This document shows, one piece after another, positions 39,477 to 48,451 of a stretch of DNA of 64,000 bases. Under the pieces are notes generated by a model. It ran no database searches, was not told the DNA's origin, and saw nothing but the letters and a program-made list of their open reading frames with translations. The position numbers and the translations under genes were made by a program. Within the stretch, counting starts at the first letter, position 1; each line of letters starts with the position of its first letter. The DNA comes from Azolla caroliniana (taxonomy: Eukaryota; Plantae; Polypodiophyta). Location of the stretch: contig JBHGNT010000002.1 of NCBI GenBank assembly GCA_043228905.1, positions 11,966,001 to 12,030,000 on the forward strand. Reading direction: 5' to 3'.

Positions 39477-42452
39477 TCATTGTTCACCCAAATTGTCCAA
39501 AATACTTGGTTCAAGAATTTCCACTTGTTCTTCCGGTTGTGGTTGTTGCGGCTGTGCTTCCTGCTGCTGCTGTGGTTGAGGTTGGGACTGAGGCTGCTCC
39601 GGCTGCTCTGCTTGCTGCTGCTTCATTTGTTTCGCTGACTCCGGCTGCTCCGTTTGTCTCTCTGGCTCCGGCATCTCCGTTTGACTGCTTCCGGTCCGGT
39701 CTCCTTCCAGTAACGGTTCCTCATCACTGAGGTTGACCGTAACTGGTTCTCGTTCTTTCTCTCCCCGGATCCGGGACCTCTCGTAGCTTTCAAACTGGAT
39801 CTGCGCCTCCAGCCTGTCGTCGTCCAGCTGAGCTACAAGTTGCCGGACTTGCTCTAGTTGGTCATCTGCCAAGGCTTGAAAGTCTTCGGCAAGCTCATCT
39901 CTTATGCCGGTGAAGTCTTCAGAAGTCAGCATATAGCAATCTTCTCCCTCCTTCCGCCGGTTCTCCACGTCAGCCCGGAGCAATTGGAGTTCCGCTGCGT
40001 TCGTGGCCCACTTGGTCCACCATTTGACGGACCCGTTGTCAATCAAGCTCTTGGTCTGGTTCAACCAGGCCCGCATGATATCCTGGATGCGACTTGCTCC
40101 CATTTGTGCTCTGCTTTCCACCACTTGTCGCTCCTCCTTCAACTGCTTGATGAGATTTGACGTATCCTCCGCCTGCTCTCTGTAGCGCGTCAGCTGCCCT
40201 TGATATGTCGTTTGCAGCCTCTGCAGTACCTCCGCCGCTCTTTCTTTTTCCGCCTGCTGTTGCCTGAGGAGCTCTGTCCGAACCTTCTCCGCCTCTTCCA
40301 ACCGACTTCTGTTTTCCGCTTGTTCCTTGGCGAATGCAGTTGCGGTCCGATCAACTGCTTGCCGGAGCTCATCCATCCGTTCCTTGTGCTCCGTTTGCAA
40401 CCGTTTATACTCCCGGTGCAAGTTCTCAAATTCCTCTGTTTTTAGTTTGAGCTTGCCGTTGATCTGGCGATGGTTCCGGTCCTCCCGGTCCTTTACCTGC
40501 CGGAGTTCCTCTTTCAGGCGCTCTACTTCTGTTTCGGCGTTCCTCCGGAGTCTCTCCTTCTCTTGCAGCATCTTCTCCTTCTCTTCCTTGAGCCGGTCGT
40601 ACGCTTGGTGGCCTTTCCGTAAGCTCTCCTCGGCCCGGCGTAGATTCTCAGCAGTCTTTTTGAGTTCTGCCTCCGCTGCCGTCTTCAGTTCTCTTTCGCG
40701 GCTCCTCAGCGCTTCTTGGGCAGCAAGCTCATCCTTTAAATCCGCAAGCTCTTGGGCTTGTGCCGCATTTCTCTCCGGAACGGTTTCCGTTGCCGGGGTC
40801 TGATTGCTATGTACAGGTTGATCTGACACTTTATTCTGTACATTGCCCGGAGTCACCGGTGCTTGGACTTGTGTTTCCCTTGTTACCCTGTCCAAGTCTT
40901 GTTCAAGGCTTCGGATTCTGGACCGGGCCGTCTCTAGATCTACGGTTGTGACGAGCAACCGTTCCTGGTGCGCTCTCTCTTCCGCCTCTATATACTCGAC
41001 CACTCCGGCGATTTGCTCGCCTACCCACCGTAGCCACATGCTACTGGTGCCTTGTTGCTGTACTGGTCGGGTCGGCTCATTCACTGTGGACTTGTCTGGC
41101 CTGAGTGCCTGCATATGCCGTTCTGGTTCTACTCCTTGGCCGCCGTGTGCTCTGGCTGGGCTCGCCGGCTGTTGAGTTCCGGTTCTCGCCGTCTCCGGAG
41201 CCGTTGGACTGACTTCTTCTATAGAAGTCGACAAGACCGGTTCCCTACGCACCGGTTCCGGTTCTTCCCTTGTGGTTTGCTCAGGTTGAGTTGGGGGTGT
41301 TCCTGCCTCTCGCGGGTACGACCGCTCCCCTCCTGTCTCGGCGGTTCTACTTCTTGACCGTCGTTGGAGGTGCTCTTCTGGCTCCTCCGTTTCCTCTTCC
41401 TGTGTCACGGCATGTTTCTGTGCCGTCAAGGGTTCCGGTTCCTTCTGTCCCGGTCTCCGTAAGGTTATCTTGACGGGTCGGACCGGTGACACCTCCTCCG
41501 GTTCTGGGACCCGTTTCTTCCCTTTCGTCGCCTTCGACGCCAGCAGCTGCTGTCGTTTGGACGCCGGCTTCGAGGTGCTTCCTTCCGATACCCTTGGCCG
41601 CTTCTTTGGCTGGGCGGTCTCGACCGGCGGCACGAGCAATGTTATCCATTGAGCTACGGCGTGCCACAGCTTCCGGCCCTCCTTGCCGTCCTTCCCTCGT
41701 ACCATGTCGATTGCCATGCACAACCCGTCTGCAATCAACACCGGCCAGTCCACCTTGATCCCTTCATAGGTGGCTATGATCATCCCTGCCCGATTTTTTG
41801 GCATGACAGGGGGTCGGGGGTATACGTGACCGTACTCATGGAGCACTCGAGCTATCTCCCTGAATAGCGGATCTTCGCCGCCCTGCGTCCGATAGCCTTT
41901 TCCGGCAACAGAGTACTCACCGAAATATCGGATGAGTTGCTCCGAGGTTGGGTTATCGATCTGAAAGATTCCTCCCTCCGGAAGGCCTGTTAGCGCGCGG
42001 ATCGCTTCCTCGGTGATGACCTCTGTGGCGAGCTCCTTGATGACCCGGTCGGCTTCTCTGTGCGGCGGTGCCTCCATGATGGCCAAGAACCCCTCCAGTC
42101 CGTTTTGCCTGAACCATTTCCTGGCCGCTTCCGACAGCGTTTGTGGTTCCATGTCTGCTTCAAGGTCGAGGGAAGATGGCGAGGTAGAGTGGTGATGAGA
42201 GTGAGAGCGAGAGAGAGAGCGTTCTGAGCGCGGGGGTTCTCTGCGTGCAGGTTCGCGTTTGCTCAGCTTCCACTGTCTTTGTGCTTCTGTGCTTCTTGGC
42301 TCGCGAAATGAAAAGGTCTCCATGCGTTCTTCTTCTTCTTTGTGCGTTTTGGCGCCTTTTTCGAGCATGCACACGTCGTGTACCAATTTAGTATTAAGTA
42401 GCGTGGCGTCTCTTAAATGCCCACTACGTACCTTTTCGCGCCTTGCTTTCAC
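39477..42452 (-). CDS. ORF2: extra 3' sense ORF with a globular N-terminal domain, disordered linker and long coiled coil
   Basis: 991-codon frame (first ATG at about 42368), intact in both copies; conserved blocks shared with the diverged old element; no obvious transmembrane segment. Confidence 0.88.
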   Translation of the reverse strand: MKARREKVRSGHLRDATLLNTKLVHDVCMLEKGAKTHKEEEERMETFSFREPRSTEAQRQWKLSKREPARREPPRSERSLSRSHSHHHSTSPSSLDLEADMEPQTLSEAARKWFRQNGLEGFLAIMEAPPHREADRVIKELATEVITEEAIRALTGLPEGGIFQIDNPTSEQLIRYFGEYSVAGKGYRTQGGEDPLFREIARVLHEYGHVYPRPPVMPKNRAGMIIATYEGIKVDWPVLIADGLCMAIDMVRGKDGKEGRKLWHAVAQWITLLVPPVETAQPKKRPRVSEGSTSKPASKRQQLLASKATKGKKRVPEPEEVSPVRPVKITLRRPGQKEPEPLTAQKHAVTQEEETEEPEEHLQRRSRSRTAETGGERSYPREAGTPPTQPEQTTREEPEPVRREPVLSTSIEEVSPTAPETARTGTQQPASPARAHGGQGVEPERHMQALRPDKSTVNEPTRPVQQQGTSSMWLRWVGEQIAGVVEYIEAEERAHQERLLVTTVDLETARSRIRSLEQDLDRVTRETQVQAPVTPGNVQNKVSDQPVHSNQTPATETVPERNAAQAQELADLKDELAAQEALRSRERELKTAAEAELKKTAENLRRAEESLRKGHQAYDRLKEEKEKMLQEKERLRRNAETEVERLKEELRQVKDREDRNHRQINGKLKLKTEEFENLHREYKRLQTEHKERMDELRQAVDRTATAFAKEQAENRSRLEEAEKVRTELLRQQQAEKERAAEVLQRLQTTYQGQLTRYREQAEDTSNLIKQLKEERQVVESRAQMGASRIQDIMRAWLNQTKSLIDNGSVKWWTKWATNAAELQLLRADVENRRKEGEDCYMLTSEDFTGIRDELAEDFQALADDQLEQVRQLVAQLDDDRLEAQIQFESYERSRIRGEKEREPVTVNLSDEEPLLEGDRTGSSQTEMPEPERQTEQPESAKQMKQQQAEQPEQPQSQPQPQQQQEAQPQQPQPEEQVEILEPSILDNLGEQ

Positions 42453-42535
42453 ACCCGTTCATACCTCGATTTTTAATGTTTTTTTTTTTTTTTTATTTTT
42501 ATTTTTATTTTTTTTTTTAATGACGGTGTGTGACC

Positions 42536-45500
42536 TTACACATCCGTAGGTCCCTTCGGACCCTGACCGTTTTCCTTACGGGTTGCCGTGTCTTCCTTCG
42601 TCTCTACTACGGGTTCCCCGTCGTCTTTTTCTTCCGGATCGATCCGTACCGATCCCGGACAGGTTCCCGGTATAGTGCCGGTGTGCTGCATAAACGGGTT
42701 CTTTGGCATCGGTCCTTTGTAGGGCTTTAGTCGAAATCCGTTCACCCACTTGCCTAGTACTTCACCGGCAAGTTTCCCTATCTGATAGGACCCGTTGTAT
42801 TCCCTTGTCAGCCAATACGGGCCTGTCCATCTGAACCGGAGTTTACCCGGCATCTTGCCCATCCTCGTTTGGAATACTAGCACCGGCTTTCCGATTTCGA
42901 ACATCTTCTCATTACCTTTCCGGTGACGGTCAACGAACGCTTTCCGTCGTCGTTGCTCCAGTTCCATGTGTAGGATGCTGGCCAGCCGTTGCTCCTCCAG
43001 TTCGCATAGTGCTGCTAGCCGCATTTCCTCCGACTTCTTTTCATTCAGCCGTTCCCGTAGTTGGATCCGTAAGCTTGGTACTTGAAACTCGACCGGCATG
43101 ACCGCTTCTAAGCCGAATGCTAACCGGAACGGCGTTGTCCGGATACTTGTTTTGTATGCCGTTCTGTACGCCCATAGCGCACTATGGAGCTTTGTGTCCC
43201 AGTCCGTCCGGTTTTCATTGACAATTTTGCGGAGAATGTTCTGCAGCGTTTTGTTGGTGGACTCTGCTAACCCGTTCGCCTGTGGGTAATACGGTGTGCT
43301 TCTTTTATGGACCACGGCATAGTACGTTGTTAAGCTTTCCACTACCTGGCCAAGGAAGTGCCCTCCTTGGTCGCTGATTAATTCAATCGGACATCCATAC
43401 CGGCACCAAATGTTTTCGTACAGGAATTTTGCTGTGGATGACGCGGTGTTGTCCCTCAGGGCCTTAGCTTCCACCCATTTCGTGCAATAATCCGTTGCCA
43501 CGATGACATAACGATTACCTGTTCTCATTGCCGGTGGCTTGAACGGTCCGACAAAATCCAACCCCCACTTCTGGAATGGCTCTAGTGGAAGTACCGGTTG
43601 GTGCGGCATCCGTGCTTGCTCCGTAGGCTGGCCCATTCGTTGGCATAGGTCACATTCCTTAGCATACTTGACGGCATCTTTTAGCGTCGTGGGCCACCAT
43701 AAGCCGCTCTGCCATACCTTTCTTGCCGTTGCTTCCCCGGCATAGTGTCCTCCGGCAACCCCACAGTGTGCTTCTCGTAAGATTACTTCTTTCTCGTCAC
43801 TACGGACTGCCCGTCTCCATATTCCATCTGCTCCCTTGTGGTAGAGAGTGTCCCGTAATAGACAGAAATTGCGGCTCTGCACCGCCAGTCGTTTCCTCTC
43901 GTCCCGGTTCATTTCCTCCGGTGGCAGGCCCGTGCTTAGGAACTGGTGCATGTTTGTCAGCCACCTATCTTCTGATGCCACCGTGTCGTCCGCTGCCGTT
44001 TCCGGGGTGATACGGAATAACTCTGCGTCCGGGAATTCATCCGCTACTCCGTCGCCTGGTTCTCCGGACTCTAATCGGCTTAGATAGTCTGCTACGGCAT
44101 GCTGGATACCGGGCCGGTGGAAAATCTCGAATTCGAACTCCTGCAACAGCAAGGTCCAACGGGCCAACTTACCGGTCAGGGACGCCTTGGAAACTAAGTA
44201 GAGGAGCGCCGAGTGATCCACATGGAAGGAGAACTTCCTTCCCAATAGGTAGTGACGAAACTTTGTTACACTGTAGATCATGCCCAGGGCCTCCCGTTCC
44301 GTCGTTGAATAGTTCTTCTCCGCTTGGGACAGCTTCCGGCTGGCGTAATATACCGGCCGGTACCATTTGGGCTCCGTAAGCTGCATTAAGGCGCTGCCAA
44401 TAGCGATGTCGGACGCGTCCACGAACACGTGAAATTCCTTGCTCCAATCCGGAGGCTGCACGACGGGTGCTTGCGATAAAAGGACCTTCAGGGCATTGTA
44501 TGCCTTATCCTCCGTATCCGTCCATTGGAACGGTGTCCGATGTACCGCGGTGTGTAATGGTGTAGCCAAGTCCGCCAAGTGACGGAGCATTCGGCTGTGC
44601 CACCGGATCTGTCCTAAGAATCGGCTTAGTGCTTTGGCCGTTTTCGGCGCCGGTGCCCCTAGTATGGCATTTACTTTGTCCGGGTCGACCGCAATGCCCT
44701 CCTTACTTACAATGTGTCCCAGCAATATTCCACTTGACACCCCAAAGATGCATTTTGCTGGGTTTAAGCTTAGCCGGTATAACCTGCACTTTTCAAGGCA
44801 TAACCGTAGGTGCTGCAAATGGTCTTCTCCCCGGCTATAGACTGCAAAATCATCCAGGAAAACTTGCATGAAGGCAGGAATGTATTCGCCGAAGATCTCC
44901 ATGATGATTCGCTGGAAAGTTGCTGGTGCTGTTTTTAGGCCGAACATCATGACTTCGGCCACAAACACCCCCCATTCGGTGACGAACGCTGTCTTCTCCT
45001 GGTCGTCCGGGTGCATCCGGATTTGATTGTACCCGCTGAACCCGTCTAGAAAGCTATAAACTTCATGACCGGCGACGGCATCCAGTACTCCATCCGTGAA
45101 CGGAAGAGGGAATGCATCCGTAATTGTGGCGGCATTTAGTTTCCTGTAATCTACACACACACGGATTTTACCGTTCTTCTTTGGGACGACGACGATGGGG
45201 CTCAGCCACGTCGCTTTCTTTACCGGCCGGATGAAGCCCACTCTTAGAAGTTTGTCGATTTCCTCCTTCACTTTGGCGGCGTAGTTGGGGTTCATTCGGT
45301 ATCGTCTTTGCGCCACTGGTTTCGCGTCCTTGCCTAAGTGGATTTGATGCTGATATAATTGAGGGTCCAGCCCTCGCATGTCTTCGTATGACCAGGCGAA
45401 TACGTCGCGAAACTCCGTGAGAAGTTTGATCATCGCCGCTTTATCTTCCGGCTTCATTTCTTTGGCGATGTGTACCGGCTTTGATTCGTCCTTGCTTCCT

Positions 45501-48400
45501 AGGTTCACTTCGTCGAGCTGGGATGCTTTTACCCGTTGGGAAACGGCCATTTCCCGTTCCAACGCTTCCTGTGCTTGCCGTAATTCCCGAATCGCATCTT
45601 TGTCTGGTTCGGCTTCGGTGTCGTCCCGCTGCGGCAAGTATGGCGCTACGGCTTCAGCTACGTCAATCTCGAAGAGTGGTACGATCTTCGGGTGTTCCTG
45701 CAAGTACTGGGCTTCTTCGTCGTCTGCCAATCCTTCAAGCATGTTCACACATTCCGCATACAGCGGTGTGCATTCCTTACCATTGCTTGTCCGTGGTTGT
45801 GTCGGAACCCGGACCTTGGCTTTTCCGCGCCGGAAGGTAATCATATTTTTCCGCCAATTTTGCTTGATGTGTGCTGTTTTTAACCATGGTCTGCCCAGCA
45901 GCAGTGGGTACGCGCCTTGCGCCTGTAGCTGCAGCACTACCGCCGAGATGTGAAATGTGTGGCCTCCTATGGTGACTTCCAATTTCCGTATTAAGCCCGT
46001 CGGCCGTACCAAGCTCGTATCCGCCATCCGTAGCCAGAACGGGCATGGCTCCCATTCATGTATACCCAAGGCATCACACGTACGGAGGCTTATTACGTTC
46101 ACCCCGGAACCTCCATCGATTACTGTGCCGGGAAGTTCGTGCCCTTTGACAATAGCTGTAATCACCGGACTGCTAGTGTCCACTACCGTCGGTCCCTCCT
46201 CCGAGTTCGAGAAGAGGACTGGTGCCGGTGGGGCTGTGCCGTCTGTCACGCCCGTTTTTAGCCCTTCCGTAAATCGCGGCACGAGCTGCAACAGTCTTCC
46301 TAACGGCAACGTGATCTGACATTCTTGCAGTGCTTGCCATGTCTCGTTTTCTGGGTGGCTACCGCCGGCACTCCCTATGGTATTTGCCTTTTGCCGTTCC
46401 GCATCCGCGACGTTCTTTTCATTGGCTTCCTTTACCCATTCCGTCGCCTGCTTTCGTATGGCCTCTTGTGTTTCCCACTCTTTGGCCATGCCTTTCGACC
46501 GTGTGGTTACTTGCTGTACCTCCGTCACTTCCGGAACCACCATATTAACTGCTGGTCGTTTCTCGTAGCTCTTTACCGGGCACTGATTACTGTAGTGGCC
46601 TTCCTGCCTGCAGTAGTAGCAGTACTCTTTACGGGTATTGCTGGATTCAGCATTGCTGGTAGCCGGAGTCGGTCCCGTAACGAGTGGTGCGTTCTGTGCC
46701 GGTTGGCTCCTTGGGGTTCCATTTTCCGGATCCCTAGGGTGACCACCTTTCTTGAAATTACGTTTCTTATTATTCTTATTTTTATTTCGGTAGTCCGGTC
46801 GTGGTGGCTCGTAAAATCGGCCATAGTCCTCCTGGTGCCGTCGGTAACCAGGCGAATGGTCTCTGTCGTATTGCTCGTGTCGCCTGTTGGGCTCCCGATA
46901 ACGGTCCGCTCGCTCATACCGGTCGTAGTTTTCACGCCGATTCCCGTACCGGCCATCATTTTCTTGCCTGTCTCCGTACCGGACATCCTGTGCCGGCCGG
47001 TACCGGTTCATTTTTTGCCAACGATCTTCCTCTTCGTCTTGGCTGCTTCTTGGCTCGATCCGTCGGACGGGTGGTGCTTGTCGGTTTAACAGGTTATACT
47101 CGCACCGGTCCGTTGTATGACTCTTGGATTGACAAATCACACACTGAGTGCGCATGGTGCACTCTACTGCCGAGTGTCCGGCATTCAAGCAGATTGTGCA
47201 TTGAATTGCCTGCCGGAACCGGAGATCTTCCTCGGTGGGTAACGCCCGTTGCAGTGTTCCCAGCGTAAGCCATGAGCTTGTCTTTTCCATTTCTCTGACC
47301 CGGTCAATGACCTGATCGATGGTGCATCCTCGAAAATCGATCACCGTACATACCGTGCGTAACGGTTCCCGGAGTGCGTTTAAAAATATCGTCCGTAATT
47401 CCTCCTCCGGGGGTGCACGGGCAAGCTGGCTATGCATCCGTTGGAAACGGATGACGAATTGGGGAATGCTTTCCCCTGCCTCCTGCCGGATCGTATAAAA
47501 CAGACCCACCATTGTCGTCTGGTCGACCTCCTTGTGGAAAAAATGCAAGAATTTTGCTTTTAATTCTGCAAATGTTGTGATGGTCGCCGGGTCCTGCGAC
47601 CGCCGCCATCGTGTCGCTGGTCCCTCCAACGTGACTCCGAATTCCGCTATCTTCGAGCGTTCTTCTTCCTCCGGTGTCATTCGCTGGGACGTGTGATTTG
47701 CTTCCCATGTCTGCTCGAAGTCATCCACATGCGCTTCCGCATCCGGATCATCGCGGTACTTTGAGTATTGGAACGGCATGTCTTCGTCCAGTATTAAGCC
47801 GCGGTTTAGTGGCGTTTGTTGATATTTTTCCGGTACTTTCTCCGGTTCCACTTCCGGTTCTTTTGCCGGTCCTTTTTCCGGTTCTTTTTCCGGCTCTTCT
47901 TCCGGTACCTTTGCCGGCCCTTTCGTTGGTGTTGGTGGCTTTGCTTCTTCCAGTTCCGGTGTTGGTGGGTTGACGGCTTCCGTTTGCTGTTCCGGGTAGC
48001 CCTGGTTGAGTGGTTCCGGTTCTGGAGTCGGCACGGTATCCGACCCGTCGTCTTCCGGGTCGCCGGGGGTATCGTTGCTGCTCCGGTAGTTCGTGTGCAC
48101 GCTGTATCCCCCTTCGGAATCCGATTCGTAGGCTGAAAAGGCTTCTGCCTCGTTTTCTCCGCTTGCCAGCGCCTCCAGGAGTCGTTCGGTTTGCCGGAGA
48201 CTACTTAGACTGCCTCCGTCGTCCTGGTCGCGAGTTTGCCGTAACCGGAGAGATTCCTCCGCGACTCTCCGGATCTCGTTGGAGAACGAACGATCCGAGC
48301 GAATTTCCTGCGCTGCTTGCTGGAAAGTCTCACGCCGTCTTTGTCGTTCGGCGAGGCGTCGAGCTCGGTCTGTAACCAAGTCGTGCGTTGGTCTAGTCAT
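42536..48400 (-). CDS. gag-pol: Gag-Pol polyprotein, 1954 aa, single frame
   Basis: Capsid domain, three CCHC knuckles, protease VIDGGSG, RT (CVDYRKLN, FLDD), RNase H (FVDASD), integrase (HHCC, WGLDF, LISDQG), GPY motif; no chromodomain and no extra archaeal-type RH seen. Confidence 0.97.
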   Translation of the reverse strand: MTRPTHDLVTDRARRLAERQRRRETFQQAAQEIRSDRSFSNEIRRVAEESLRLRQTRDQDDGGSLSSLRQTERLLEALASGENEAEAFSAYESDSEGGYSVHTNYRSSNDTPGDPEDDGSDTVPTPEPEPLNQGYPEQQTEAVNPPTPELEEAKPPTPTKGPAKVPEEEPEKEPEKGPAKEPEVEPEKVPEKYQQTPLNRGLILDEDMPFQYSKYRDDPDAEAHVDDFEQTWEANHTSQRMTPEEEERSKIAEFGVTLEGPATRWRRSQDPATITTFAELKAKFLHFFHKEVDQTTMVGLFYTIRQEAGESIPQFVIRFQRMHSQLARAPPEEELRTIFLNALREPLRTVCTVIDFRGCTIDQVIDRVREMEKTSSWLTLGTLQRALPTEEDLRFRQAIQCTICLNAGHSAVECTMRTQCVICQSKSHTTDRCEYNLLNRQAPPVRRIEPRSSQDEEEDRWQKMNRYRPAQDVRYGDRQENDGRYGNRRENYDRYERADRYREPNRRHEQYDRDHSPGYRRHQEDYGRFYEPPRPDYRNKNKNNKKRNFKKGGHPRDPENGTPRSQPAQNAPLVTGPTPATSNAESSNTRKEYCYYCRQEGHYSNQCPVKSYEKRPAVNMVVPEVTEVQQVTTRSKGMAKEWETQEAIRKQATEWVKEANEKNVADAERQKANTIGSAGGSHPENETWQALQECQITLPLGRLLQLVPRFTEGLKTGVTDGTAPPAPVLFSNSEEGPTVVDTSSPVITAIVKGHELPGTVIDGGSGVNVISLRTCDALGIHEWEPCPFWLRMADTSLVRPTGLIRKLEVTIGGHTFHISAVVLQLQAQGAYPLLLGRPWLKTAHIKQNWRKNMITFRRGKAKVRVPTQPRTSNGKECTPLYAECVNMLEGLADDEEAQYLQEHPKIVPLFEIDVAEAVAPYLPQRDDTEAEPDKDAIRELRQAQEALEREMAVSQRVKASQLDEVNLGSKDESKPVHIAKEMKPEDKAAMIKLLTEFRDVFAWSYEDMRGLDPQLYQHQIHLGKDAKPVAQRRYRMNPNYAAKVKEEIDKLLRVGFIRPVKKATWLSPIVVVPKKNGKIRVCVDYRKLNAATITDAFPLPFTDGVLDAVAGHEVYSFLDGFSGYNQIRMHPDDQEKTAFVTEWGVFVAEVMMFGLKTAPATFQRIIMEIFGEYIPAFMQVFLDDFAVYSRGEDHLQHLRLCLEKCRLYRLSLNPAKCIFGVSSGILLGHIVSKEGIAVDPDKVNAILGAPAPKTAKALSRFLGQIRWHSRMLRHLADLATPLHTAVHRTPFQWTDTEDKAYNALKVLLSQAPVVQPPDWSKEFHVFVDASDIAIGSALMQLTEPKWYRPVYYASRKLSQAEKNYSTTEREALGMIYSVTKFRHYLLGRKFSFHVDHSALLYLVSKASLTGKLARWTLLLQEFEFEIFHRPGIQHAVADYLSRLESGEPGDGVADEFPDAELFRITPETAADDTVASEDRWLTNMHQFLSTGLPPEEMNRDERKRLAVQSRNFCLLRDTLYHKGADGIWRRAVRSDEKEVILREAHCGVAGGHYAGEATARKVWQSGLWWPTTLKDAVKYAKECDLCQRMGQPTEQARMPHQPVLPLEPFQKWGLDFVGPFKPPAMRTGNRYVIVATDYCTKWVEAKALRDNTASSTAKFLYENIWCRYGCPIELISDQGGHFLGQVVESLTTYYAVVHKRSTPYYPQANGLAESTNKTLQNILRKIVNENRTDWDTKLHSALWAYRTAYKTSIRTTPFRLAFGLEAVMPVEFQVPSLRIQLRERLNEKKSEEMRLAALCELEEQRLASILHMELEQRRRKAFVDRHRKGNEKMFEIGKPVLVFQTRMGKMPGKLRFRWTGPYWLTREYNGSYQIGKLAGEVLGKWVNGFRLKPYKGPMPKNPFMQHTGTIPGTCPGSVRIDPEEKDDGEPVVETKEDTATRKENGQGPKGPTDV

Positions 48401-48434
48401 CCATTACCGTCGTTCGCTGCGAGAAAGCAGGAAT

Positions 48435-48445
48435 CGTGGTCGCCA
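48435..48445 (-). promoter_or_regulatory. Conventional-position PBS tggcgaccacg
   Basis: Six nt after the 5' LTR (cagttt spacer); from memory it matches plant tRNA-Arg(UCG/CCG) 3' ends ...GUGGUCGCCA; variant tggcaaccac at 51539-51548. Confidence 0.65.
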
Positions 48446-48451
48446 AAACTG

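Noticed and set aside
39477-42452. Envelope gene or host myosin-like gene
   Set aside because: No signal peptide or transmembrane helix is visible; it is intronless and lies between LTRs in related elements
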